Assembly (NCBI GenBank): GCA_041906785.1
Contig: JAYRIM010000014.1
Span: 3,215-67,214, forward strand
Reading direction: 5' to 3'
DNA length: 64,000 nucleotides
Origin: Candidatus Levyibacteriota bacterium
GTDB taxonomy: Bacteria; Patescibacteriota; Microgenomatia; Levybacterales; UBA12049
Below, piece by piece: positions 47,139 to 55,970 of the stretch; position 1 is the stretch's first letter; every line of letters begins with the position of its first letter. Below the pieces are notes generated by a model, which worked only from the letters and a program-made list of their open reading frames with translations, searched no databases and had not been told where the DNA came from. Both the position numbers and the translations under genes were made by a program.

Positions 47139-47276
47139 ATGGCTAAGAGGAAAAAAACTACATCAAAAAAGGTACGAAAAAGTTATAATTTAGTAGAAGG
47201 GAATAGTAATGAGTTTTTGCTTATTGTCGGGGCAGTTTGTTTTGTAATCATGTCAGTATTATACTTAACGTTCTAG
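47139..47276 (+). CDS. small (45 aa) tail-anchored membrane protein, not in the six-frame track
   Basis: ATG 47139 preceded by gggaggtga RBS and a TTGACA-containing promoter-like sequence; MAKRKKTTSKKVRK + C-terminal TM; followed by repeat-family-2 hairpin. Confidence 0.35.
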   Translation: MAKRKKTTSKKVRKSYNLVEGNSNEFLLIVGAVCFVIMSVLYLTF

Positions 47277-47303
47277 TGTTTTCATTAGAAGTCATTTTAA
47301 AAC

Positions 47304-47364
47304 CTGTCATGCTGAGCGACAGCGAAGCATCTTGCGTTAAGATCCTTCACTTCGTTCAGGATGA
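47304..47364. repeat. family-2 structured repeat, copy 3
   Basis: Same element downstream of the 45-aa ORF. Confidence 0.55.
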
Positions 47365-47387
47365 CAAAGAAGGTTTTGAAATAAACT

Positions 47388-49070
47388 CTACGTAAGATAT
47401 TGAGAGCTACTCGTATATATTTTTACTATATCTGCATCTGACAATAAACGTATCTTCTTCATGTTTTTCGTGTCCTTAAGATATCGATGGATAATTTTAT
47501 ACATATCGAGGTCAAAAGTATAATTAGTCGATAAATCCGAAGTGCGTAACCCGAAGTTCGAAAAAGAATCTAACTTTGAATTTTGTGCACTTAAAACGTT
47601 TTGATCATTCGGCATTGCTTCGAGTTTCGATAGTATAATTTCTGATGTATCTTCGTTACCTTCTTGATCGATTTTAACACTACCTATAAAGCACCATTTA
47701 TCGATGATAAAATGTTCTGTTATGCCTGTGATTTCATTTTTTTCATCGATAATAATTGGGCCAGTGAATGGCCAAGGTTTTATTTTCGTTTTACTAAATG
47801 CAGTGACGAATCTCGTATTGTAGAACAATGCTGATTCTTTACCAACGCATGCCCCTTTACATTTGTTTAGTCTGTAAGCGAAACAGGCGGTTGACGTTTT
47901 TTCTAGTCCGATTAGTTTCTCACACAATTGATATTCTTTCGAAACATCAGCCAAAAAATTCTTGGCTTGTTTTCTGGATTTAAAGAGGCCTAGTATTGTT
48001 CCTATTTCTCCTGAAGTTATTGTTTGTACAGGAAATAGTTCTATTCCATCATATCCTTTCGTGTTCGTTACTTTTCTTAAAGCGATAAGCTCATGTTTTA
48101 CCCTCAACATCCTATTATAGATAGGAAGTTTTTGCTTTATAAGGGTTGCTTCGAGAAAGAGTGCTCCAAGTTCGCCTGCAGTAACGATAGTTTCAATATG
48201 TTCAACTTGTTGCGCTATAGACATTTCTTTCGTTGATCGAATATCTCCTGAAAAATGTGATAAAACACGATCACGAATGTTTTTACTTTTACCGATATAT
48301 AAAGGAACAGGTTGTAAGTTGTCAGTTCTAGGTTGTGGGTTATCAGTAACAGAACTTTGACTGGTTATTCCATTTACATACTGATGACTGATGACTGACG
48401 ACTGACTACCATACATAATATACACCCCTGGCAATTCGGGAAGAGAATCTATGAGTGACCAAGACAATTTAGTAGGTACGGTTGGTCTTCGTAATGCTAG
48501 ATTTACAGCTTTAAGAAACTCATCTTCAGAAAAGGTTTTTTTTGCATATTGGTAAAAATGCCATAACGCTGACGCATCGTCAAAAGCACGATGTCGCTGT
48601 TCACAGTGAATCCCGCAGCGTTGAATAACAGCATCCAGATTATGATGAGATGCCGTAGGGAAGAGAGAACGAGAAAGTTTCACTGTACAGAGTTGCCTTG
48701 CCTGAAATGGTATATTTTCTCGAAGGAAGGAATGTTTTAAAAAACTATAATCAAATCGTGCATTATGCGCGACAAAAATGCATTCATTGAGAAGTGTGCG
48801 TATTTCATCAGCTACTTCTTGAAATGTAGGTTTATTTTCGAGATCGCGTTGAGTTATACCTGTCAACAGTTCGATTTCAGGAGGGAGATGAGTTTGGGGG
48901 TTAATAAGTGATTGGTATGTCTGTACAAGCTTATTTCCTTCAACTCGGAGAATTCCTATTTCGATAATCCTTCCGTAGGAAGCAGAAGTACCAGTAGTCT
49001 CAATATCGACAAAAGCAAGTCTATCAGGCAGCATGTGTTTGATTTTAACAAGCTTGATTTTGTCCTGCAA
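47388..49070 (-). CDS. DnaQ-like 3'-5' exonuclease fused to a GIY-YIG (UvrC/Cho-like) nuclease domain
   Basis: FVDIETTG exo I motif, HNARFD, later GVYIMYG...LYIGKSKNIRDRVLSHF GIY-YIG motif interrupted by ~28 extra residues. Confidence 0.7.
   Translation of the reverse strand: MQDKIKLVKIKHMLPDRLAFVDIETTGTSASYGRIIEIGILRVEGNKLVQTYQSLINPQTHLPPEIELLTGITQRDLENKPTFQEVADEIRTLLNECIFVAHNARFDYSFLKHSFLRENIPFQARQLCTVKLSRSLFPTASHHNLDAVIQRCGIHCEQRHRAFDDASALWHFYQYAKKTFSEDEFLKAVNLALRRPTVPTKLSWSLIDSLPELPGVYIMYGSQSSVISHQYVNGITSQSSVTDNPQPRTDNLQPVPLYIGKSKNIRDRVLSHFSGDIRSTKEMSIAQQVEHIETIVTAGELGALFLEATLIKQKLPIYNRMLRVKHELIALRKVTNTKGYDGIELFPVQTITSGEIGTILGLFKSRKQAKNFLADVSKEYQLCEKLIGLEKTSTACFAYRLNKCKGACVGKESALFYNTRFVTAFSKTKIKPWPFTGPIIIDEKNEITGITEHFIIDKWCFIGSVKIDQEGNEDTSEIILSKLEAMPNDQNVLSAQNSKLDSFSNFGLRTSDLSTNYTFDLDMYKIIHRYLKDTKNMKKIRLLSDADIVKIYTSSSQYLT
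48311..48410. repeat. decamer-family repeat embedded in frame in the exonuclease/GIY-YIG gene
   Basis: GTTGTCAGTTCTAGGTTGTGGGTTATCAGTAACAG ... CTGATGACTGATGACTGACGACTGAC; encodes the extra residues between the GIY and YIG motifs. Confidence 0.5.
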
Positions 49071-49094
49071 GCTCTACTTTTCACTTTGGTTTTT

Positions 49095-49185
49095 CAGTTA
49101 TGAATTGTATTATGTATTAAGTAGTATGTATTATGAGAGTATGCAGTTTATTACTTGCTACTTAGTACATTCTACTTAATACTAT
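49095..49185. repeat. family-3 promoter-proximal repeat, second copy
   Basis: AAGTAGTATGTA...TACATTCTACTT inverted pair plus TACTTGCTAC. Confidence 0.45.
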
Positions 49186-49189
49186 TATC

Positions 49190-50875
49190 ATGGAAGGGAT
49201 TTTTCTTGAAATCACTATTATTATTTGTTTGGCTGCTGCATTATCAATAATTTTCCGTATTCTTCGCCAGCCAACCATTACCGCATATCTTCTGACCGGT
49301 ATTTTGCTTGGACCTGTAGGATTATTCCATTTAGAAAATCATCTTACACTTGAGTCATTGGGCAAACTTGGCGTCACGTTTTTACTTTTCATGCTGGGTT
49401 TAGAATTAAAACTTCGTGAGTTAAAATCCATAGGTCTCCCAGCAGTCATCATAGGTACATTGCAAATGTGGTTTACTTTTTTTCTCGGATTTTATATTTC
49501 GCTATTTCTGGGTTACAGCACGATGGCAAGTGTATATGTAGGTATCGCACTGTCGTTTTCAAGCACGATCCTTATCGTTAAAAACTTATCAGATCGAAAG
49601 GATCTTAATAGTCTCCATGGAAAGTTAAGCATAGGCATTCTCTTAATGCAGGATTTCTTTGCGGTATTTACCATGTTACTCTTTAACGGTATTTCCGGAG
49701 GATCTTCACAGGCTTCAATTCCAATGAGTATTATAACGATCCTTATTAAAGCAGCTTTATTATTCGGGCTTATCATTTTCGCAAGTATGACTATCATTCC
49801 AAAAATCATACGATATGTTGCACGGTCTGCTGAAGTCCTTTTTCTTTTCTGCCTCGCATGGGTTTTTCTTTTAACTGCGATTGTTGCATCACCATTCGTG
49901 GGATTTTCTTCTGAAATAGGAGGATTTTTAGCTGGTTTGGCTTTAGCAAATAGTGCTGAAAACTTCCAAATCGTCGCACGTATGAAAGCATTACGGGATT
50001 TCTTTATAACCATTTTTTTCGTTATGGTTGGGTTGAGCATCTCGTTTGATAATTTTTTGGCTGTCTTGTTTCCATCCTTCGTATTTCTCCTTTTCGTGGC
50101 AATTATTAAACCAATTCTGATTATGCTTTTAGTACGCGCATTAAAGTACAGAAAACGGACCTCATTTTTTATTGGTAACAGCATGGGTCAAATATCTGAA
50201 TTCAGTTTCCTTATTCTTTTCTTAGGTCAACAACTTGGCCATGTTGAAAGTACGCTGGTCACAACAGTTCTTTTCGTCGGAATTGTGAGCTTTTTAACCT
50301 CTTCTTATGTTATCCAGCGTGCAGATCACGTGTATAAATATTTACAAAAACGATTTGTTTTCCTACAGAAAGATGACACACATGAGAAAAATTTCGGACG
50401 TTCACCAATCTCTGTTATAAAAAACCATATTGTTATAGTTGGAGGACACCAGATGGGGCAGCGGTTGTTACATGAATTAGAAGATCAGAAAACAGATATT
50501 GTCGTTGTCGATTTCGATCCAGATATTGTTAGAAAGTTGGAAACAAAACATGAGCCTGTTGTATTCGGAGATATAGCGGATCCTGATATCCAAGAACATG
50601 TCCATTTAGATAAAGCCAAGCTTGTTATTTCTACAGCGCCTGACTTAGAGGATAATCTGTTACTACTTGAAAGCGTTAGAAAAACGAATGAAAAAGCGAA
50701 AGTAATTGTTATGGCTTTAGAAAACGAAGATGCGAAGGCTCTTTATCATTCTGGGGCAGATTATGTGGTATTACCTCATCTAGCAGGTGGAAGATATCTC
50801 GCGAAGCTTTTAAAAGATAATCATTTAGAAACTATTGAGTGGCATAAAGCGAGAGATCTCGTGTATATTAGCTAA
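49190..50875 (+). CDS. Kef-type K+/H+ antiporter (CPA2) with C-terminal TrkA-N/RCK domain
   Basis: 12-13 TM Na+/H+ exchanger core; IVGGHQMGQR Rossmann RCK domain. Confidence 0.8.
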   Translation: MEGIFLEITIIICLAAALSIIFRILRQPTITAYLLTGILLGPVGLFHLENHLTLESLGKLGVTFLLFMLGLELKLRELKSIGLPAVIIGTLQMWFTFFLGFYISLFLGYSTMASVYVGIALSFSSTILIVKNLSDRKDLNSLHGKLSIGILLMQDFFAVFTMLLFNGISGGSSQASIPMSIITILIKAALLFGLIIFASMTIIPKIIRYVARSAEVLFLFCLAWVFLLTAIVASPFVGFSSEIGGFLAGLALANSAENFQIVARMKALRDFFITIFFVMVGLSISFDNFLAVLFPSFVFLLFVAIIKPILIMLLVRALKYRKRTSFFIGNSMGQISEFSFLILFLGQQLGHVESTLVTTVLFVGIVSFLTSSYVIQRADHVYKYLQKRFVFLQKDDTHEKNFGRSPISVIKNHIVIVGGHQMGQRLLHELEDQKTDIVVVDFDPDIVRKLETKHEPVVFGDIADPDIQEHVHLDKAKLVISTAPDLEDNLLLLESVRKTNEKAKVIVMALENEDAKALYHSGADYVVLPHLAGGRYLAKLLKDNHLETIEWHKARDLVYIS

Positions 50876-50910
50876 TTGACATTTTTGTCCTATAAAGATA
50901 TATTCAGCGG

Positions 50911-51222
50911 ATGTTACAAACAGAATCTGAATTATATTTAATAATGCAAGCATATGATTCTCCGGAAGAAATAGAACGAGTAGTTCGCGAACAGACAGTT
51001 TTTCAGGCAACTATGGAGACTAAAACTTCTGAAGATGCTGTTGCTGCTTCCAGACAGGCTAATCAAGTCGTTTGGGATTTAGTTGTCCGAACTTCAGCAC
51101 GGGCTGAGTTAAGTGGAAAAACAAGTTGGATTGAAGAGGCGAGAGCATTACGTCAATGGAATAGAATAGCTCGAAGACATGAGGTCTTGTTTGATGCTAA
51201 CCAGTTAAATGGTACTCCTTAG
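50911..51222 (+). CDS. hypothetical protein
   Basis: 103 aa ORF, no motif. Confidence 0.3.
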   Translation: MLQTESELYLIMQAYDSPEEIERVVREQTVFQATMETKTSEDAVAASRQANQVVWDLVVRTSARAELSGKTSWIEEARALRQWNRIARRHEVLFDANQLNGTP

Positions 51223-51225
51223 TTT

Positions 51226-52167
51226 TTACTCAGTTTCTTCGAGTTTCTTTTTTGTTGCTTCAATAACTTCAGTTAAACCGTCTCCATCAAGAATATTCGG
51301 AAGGTTATGCCATGACTGACCAATTCTATGATCTGTTAAACGATCTTGAGGAAAATTATAAGTTCGTATTTTTTCAGCTCGCATTCCACGACCAACTTGT
51401 GTAGATTTAAGAGAACTTATTTCAAGATGTTGTTTTTCTACTTCTATTTCCCACAATTTAGCTCTGAGAAGCTTCATAGCTATTTCACGATTCTGTATTT
51501 GAGATCTTTCTGACTGAGATGTTACGACAATTCCGCTCGGCTTATGTGTAATTCTCACTGCACTTGAAACTTTATTTACATTTTGACCACCATGTCCGCC
51601 TGCACGGAATGCTGAGAATTCTATATCATCAGGATTTACATGCAGATCTATATCTTCAAGTTCAGGGAGCATTGAGACTGTAGCCGTCGATGTGTGAATA
51701 CGGCCGCGTTTTTCAGTTGTCGGAATTCGTTGTACACGGTGTACTCCTGCTTCAAATTTCAGCTTACCAAAAGCACCTTTTCCTGCGATTTTAATGACAT
51801 TCTCGTCTACATTCTCTACACGGAATCCTTGGGATTCAGCATAACGGCGGTACATTCTCACTAATTCTTCTCCCCATAATTTCGCTTCGTCTCCACCTGC
51901 TGCTCCTTGCAACTCTAAAATAATATTCCTGGTATCTAGATCATTTTTTTCTTCTGCACTAGATGCAGATAGAGAATCTTCAAGTAGTTTTTTTTGTGCT
52001 TCTAGATCTATAATCTCTGCTTGTGCGAGTTCAATCATCGCAGGATCTGTAAGCAGCTGTTGCGTCTCAGCGATTTTCTGTTCTAACTCTTGGATTTGGA
52101 TCAGTCGGTAATCGTTCATATTGAGGTTTTTGATTGAACGCAGAGGATTTGGTGAAGTATTGTACAC
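51226..52167 (-). CDS. prfA: peptide chain release factor 1
   Basis: GGQ motif RAGGHGGQNVNKV; tripeptide region RIPTTE (PxT-type, RF1) rather than SPF; RTYNFPQDRLTDHRI; start may be the internal MNDYRL (~52119). Confidence 0.7.
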   Translation of the reverse strand: MYNTSPNPLRSIKNLNMNDYRLIQIQELEQKIAETQQLLTDPAMIELAQAEIIDLEAQKKLLEDSLSASSAEEKNDLDTRNIILELQGAAGGDEAKLWGEELVRMYRRYAESQGFRVENVDENVIKIAGKGAFGKLKFEAGVHRVQRIPTTEKRGRIHTSTATVSMLPELEDIDLHVNPDDIEFSAFRAGGHGGQNVNKVSSAVRITHKPSGIVVTSQSERSQIQNREIAMKLLRAKLWEIEVEKQHLEISSLKSTQVGRGMRAEKIRTYNFPQDRLTDHRIGQSWHNLPNILDGDGLTEVIEATKKKLEETE

Positions 52168-52218
52168 CCTTGTCTCGCTTTGCTTGCAAGCGGACTCCTT
52201 CGCTGCGCTCAGTCCGTC

Positions 52219-52515
52219 CTATTTCATGCCTAAAAGCATATCGCGAAGTGACTTAGGGGCTTCGTCTTTCTTTTTCTGTTCTTCAACTTTCTTTTTCTGT
52301 GTAGCTTGGTATGTTGCAGCTTTCTGGCGTGCATCTTCAAACCGTTTTATAGAAGAGCGAGTATCGACAAATTTTTGCTCTCCTGTATAAAATGGATGGC
52401 AGTTATAGCATAACTCGACCTGGATAGTTTGCTGTGTTGAGCCTACGGTAAATCTGTTACCGCATACGCAGATGACTTGAGCGTCATAATATTGTGGATG
52501 GATATTTGCTTTCAT
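52219..52515 (-). CDS. rpmE: 50S ribosomal protein L31
   Basis: MKANIHPQYY...CxC...CxxCHPFYTG. Confidence 0.9.
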   Translation of the reverse strand: MKANIHPQYYDAQVICVCGNRFTVGSTQQTIQVELCYNCHPFYTGEQKFVDTRSSIKRFEDARQKAATYQATQKKKVEEQKKKDEAPKSLRDMLLGMK

Positions 52516-52680
52516 AGTTCGATAATTATACTAAATTAGCATAGAGGAAACAAGTATTTGTCTGAAAAGAGTAAAGATATAAACAGTTTTCTGGTTTGTT
52601 TGTTATCTAGTTGTCTAGTTGTTTTAACCAGAAAACAAGCAAAAAAGTAAACTAGACAACTCGGGTTTCTTAGATACTTC

Positions 52681-53670
52681 TCAAATAATGGACTTTAGTC
52701 CTTCAGAAAGTTTAGTTATTGTTTGATAATGCAGCCTTCCTTCAGCCACGAAAAGGCCTAAAAAAACGAGAGTAGAGCCGAGGAGATAGGTAAAGGTAAT
52801 TGTTTCATCTAATAAAGGAATGGCTATAAGCACTGCAATAATTGGATCCATATAAGAGAAAATCCCAATCTCACTAGCGTCTAAATATTTCATAGCGATA
52901 CAGGATAAGCTATACGCTAAAGCAGAAGAAAGACATGCGCCAAAAATAATACCGACAACTCCTGGAAAACCGATGTTGGTTAAAAAGCCTTTTGTCGATA
53001 TTTCAGAAAGCATAAAAGGGAGAAAAGTTATAGAACCGATAAGGAATGTCCAAAACGTGAGTACAAGAGGGTCATAATATGTAACTAATTTTTTTAAATA
53101 CACTGTGTGTACTACTCCACCAATGGTTGCCAGGAGAAAGTAAAGGTTTCCTATAAATGATGTATCTAATCCCTGTTCTATAAGGGGGCGTATAATAATG
53201 ATCGTTACACCTGCCAAGCTAAGAAACATGCCATAAATAACTTTTTTTTTCGGTTTTTCTTTTAAAAATAATATTGCAGCCAGTAAAATAAGAACTGGTC
53301 CTGACGAACCAATAATAGGAGCATTAACACTTGAAGCGTACTCTAATCCTAGAAAGAAAAAGGTGATATTTATCGTTATACCTGCAATAGCACCGAATAT
53401 GATATGCCCGAAATGTTCCTTTCTTATTGTTACATTTTTATATACAAGTGGTAGTAGTAGATAGGTAGCAAGAAAAAAACGAAGAAAAGCTAACGTAAAC
53501 GGTTCTATATCTAATAAAGACCATTTAAAGACTGGCGCAGCAGCTCCCCAAATAAAATTTGCAATTATGAGAGCTAAAATGGCGCGGCGTGTTTTCGGCA
53601 GGGTCATGGGTATTAATAATAATTGCTGTATTGCTATATTATTATATTGTTGAGAAAAACAATTTAGCAA
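52681..53670 (-). CDS. EamA/DMT-family transporter
   Basis: 10 TM, duplicated EamA halves. Confidence 0.7.
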   Translation of the reverse strand: MLNCFSQQYNNIAIQQLLLIPMTLPKTRRAILALIIANFIWGAAAPVFKWSLLDIEPFTLAFLRFFLATYLLLPLVYKNVTIRKEHFGHIIFGAIAGITINITFFFLGLEYASSVNAPIIGSSGPVLILLAAILFLKEKPKKKVIYGMFLSLAGVTIIIIRPLIEQGLDTSFIGNLYFLLATIGGVVHTVYLKKLVTYYDPLVLTFWTFLIGSITFLPFMLSEISTKGFLTNIGFPGVVGIIFGACLSSALAYSLSCIAMKYLDASEIGIFSYMDPIIAVLIAIPLLDETITFTYLLGSTLVFLGLFVAEGRLHYQTITKLSEGLKSII

Positions 53671-53699
53671 TATAACAATAAAACAATTAGTAGAAGATA

Positions 53700-54917
53700 C
53701 TAAATAAGTGAAAATTTGAATTCACTCAGAAATTGCTCAAGCGGCATTTCTTTCTGCTCTCTTTTCACCATGTTCTTTAATAGTATAGCATTTTTACTAG
53801 CCTCTTCAGAGCCAATAATAATGACATAAGGGATCCCTTTCTTATCTGCATATTTCAATTGTTTTTCCATTTTCGCATTTTCATCAAGATATAATTCTGT
53901 ATTTATATTATTCGAGCGAAGCCGAGAACTAATTTCCAACGAAATATTCTTTAATTCTGGCGAAAAAATCGTTACGAGTACTTTTGTCGTTGTTTTTGTT
54001 TTTGGTAGCAACCCAAATTGTTCGGCTGCTTCCAGTGTCCTTTCAAAGCCTAAACCAAAACCTGTGCCTGGTATATCCTGTCCAGCAATTTTTGTCGTTA
54101 ATGAATCATATCTTTCTCCACCTAATACTGATCCTGCTTCATAACCAGGTACAACAATTTCCCAGATAGGACCGTCGGAATAAGCGAAAGATCGTGCTAT
54201 TGTCGGATCAAATTCATACCATGTTTCATCAAAACCATATTGTTTTAATGATGTGAGAATAGTTGTAATTCTTTCATTTGGTTGTAAGTTTATAATCGTT
54301 TCTAAATATTCTTTTGCTTTTTCGGTTGGTATTCCTTTCATTTCCATATCTTTTATTACACCTTCAGGACCAATCTTTTTAAGTTTATCTATTGCTACTA
54401 CTGCCTCATAAGGAAACTCTTTTAATAACTTACGATCGTTTATTTTTACGATTACTTGTTTAAACCCAAGCTTTTTATAAATATCGAGTGAGAGAGCTAT
54501 GGTTTCAGCGTCAGCGACAGGTGAGGGGAGGCCCCATATATCTGCATCACAGGAAAGAAATTCACGGTAGCGTCCTTTCTGTGGATTTTCAGATCTAAAT
54601 ACAGACTGGATTTGATATCGTTTAAATGGCATGGGAAGATCATTTTGATATTGTGCCACAAATCTGCACGAAGGAACTGTTTGATCATACCGAAGCGCTA
54701 CATTTCTTCCACCACGATCCTCAAACTGAAAAAATAATTTTTCATCTTCACCAATAACACCTTGAAAAAGTTCGAGATATTCAAGAGTTGGTGTTTCTAT
54801 AGGATCATACCCCCATAGCTCGAATACCTCCCGGATTTTATCACGAAGAAAATTACGCTTTATAGCGTCTTCTGGTAAAAAATCCCGAAATCCTTTTAAT
54901 GTTTGTGGTTGATTCAT
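53700..54917 (-). CDS. hisS: histidine--tRNA ligase
   Basis: Class II aaRS motifs, LKGFRDFLPED N-terminus, anticodon-binding C-terminus. Confidence 0.85.
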   Translation of the reverse strand: MNQPQTLKGFRDFLPEDAIKRNFLRDKIREVFELWGYDPIETPTLEYLELFQGVIGEDEKLFFQFEDRGGRNVALRYDQTVPSCRFVAQYQNDLPMPFKRYQIQSVFRSENPQKGRYREFLSCDADIWGLPSPVADAETIALSLDIYKKLGFKQVIVKINDRKLLKEFPYEAVVAIDKLKKIGPEGVIKDMEMKGIPTEKAKEYLETIINLQPNERITTILTSLKQYGFDETWYEFDPTIARSFAYSDGPIWEIVVPGYEAGSVLGGERYDSLTTKIAGQDIPGTGFGLGFERTLEAAEQFGLLPKTKTTTKVLVTIFSPELKNISLEISSRLRSNNINTELYLDENAKMEKQLKYADKKGIPYVIIIGSEEASKNAILLKNMVKREQKEMPLEQFLSEFKFSLI

Positions 54918-54938
54918 ATATATTATTCTTCCGTAATT

Positions 54939-55970
54939 TTACAATAGAACTTGTTCATATTGAAGCCCCAATTGTTGGGGGCTAAATAACTTCCTACCTT
55001 TTCTAGTTCTCCAAATCGGGACTGCTTTTTTTGCAAAAATCATAACTTTTTTGTTGCTATTTTTATTAAAATTATTAATTCCTTGTATTCTATCTGTATC
55101 CATAAGAAGAATCGAATCAGGTGCCGTTACTACTACCTTATCATTTTTGAGTAAGATAATATTTTCATTTTTATACACTACTTTCCAGATACAACTTTTA
55201 GATTTGATAGTATATTCACCAGATTCAAATCCTTTTGTTTGAGTTGTACTATTACTGGTAATTATGCCAGTATCGTAATAAATTAAATCTAACATCGTAC
55301 AAAGTTCCTCAACAGTTTTTTTCTTACTTCTTATTTCTCGTAAAAATTCTCCAGCTTGTTCAGCAAGGATTAGACTATTTTGAGGAGTGGCATTTCTTAT
55401 CTGTTTTATTTGCATAGGATAACCAGCTATATAAGCATCACCACCTGCAGCAACAGCGAAACTTCTCAAAAGTAATTCAAGATGTTGAATCGATGCCGTG
55501 TTCCATAGGACAGCAGTGTTGTTTTTATCATCAGCGATAACACAGGGAGTTCTACTTACATTGATTAAGCTAATAAGTTCTAAATACACTTCTGGTGCGG
55601 AACGTAATCCGACTAAGTCACTATTTAAGACAGGTACTCCAAGTGTATTTGCTGCAAAAAGTGCTGTAGCGATAGACTCTGCTCCTAGTTCCACAGGGAC
55701 TATAGCAGTGATAGGTCTCTTATTTATTTCCATGAACACGGATAACGCAGAACGGACTGCTTTTACAGGATCAATTGTTTGTTTTCCTCCGATACCAAAA
55801 ACAGTGCAAACAAGATCTGTCTCTATAAGTTCATTAAAATTAATAAGGTCTACTCTTTCAATCTTTTTGAGTAAAGGCTCAGCATCGGCGATTGTTCCAC
55901 CACCACCAGTTCCTAGAAAGTTAGCGCCTTCAATAATATTATTTATTTTTGTTTTAGTGAGTGTTTTCAT
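54939..55970 (-). CDS. DUF917-like protein
   Basis: N-terminal ANFLGTGGGGT glycine loop typical of DUF917; start overlaps the stop of the upstream gene by 4 nt. Confidence 0.5.
   Translation of the reverse strand: MKTLTKTKINNIIEGANFLGTGGGGTIADAEPLLKKIERVDLINFNELIETDLVCTVFGIGGKQTIDPVKAVRSALSVFMEINKRPITAIVPVELGAESIATALFAANTLGVPVLNSDLVGLRSAPEVYLELISLINVSRTPCVIADDKNNTAVLWNTASIQHLELLLRSFAVAAGGDAYIAGYPMQIKQIRNATPQNSLILAEQAGEFLREIRSKKKTVEELCTMLDLIYYDTGIITSNSTTQTKGFESGEYTIKSKSCIWKVVYKNENIILLKNDKVVVTAPDSILLMDTDRIQGINNFNKNSNKKVMIFAKKAVPIWRTRKGRKLFSPQQLGLQYEQVLL

Noticed and set aside
51226-52167. Release factor 2 with a programmed +1 frameshift
   Set aside because: The tripeptide-anticodon region is PTT (PxT type), not SPF. 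The ORF is continuous with no internal in-frame stop. It was therefore called RF1.
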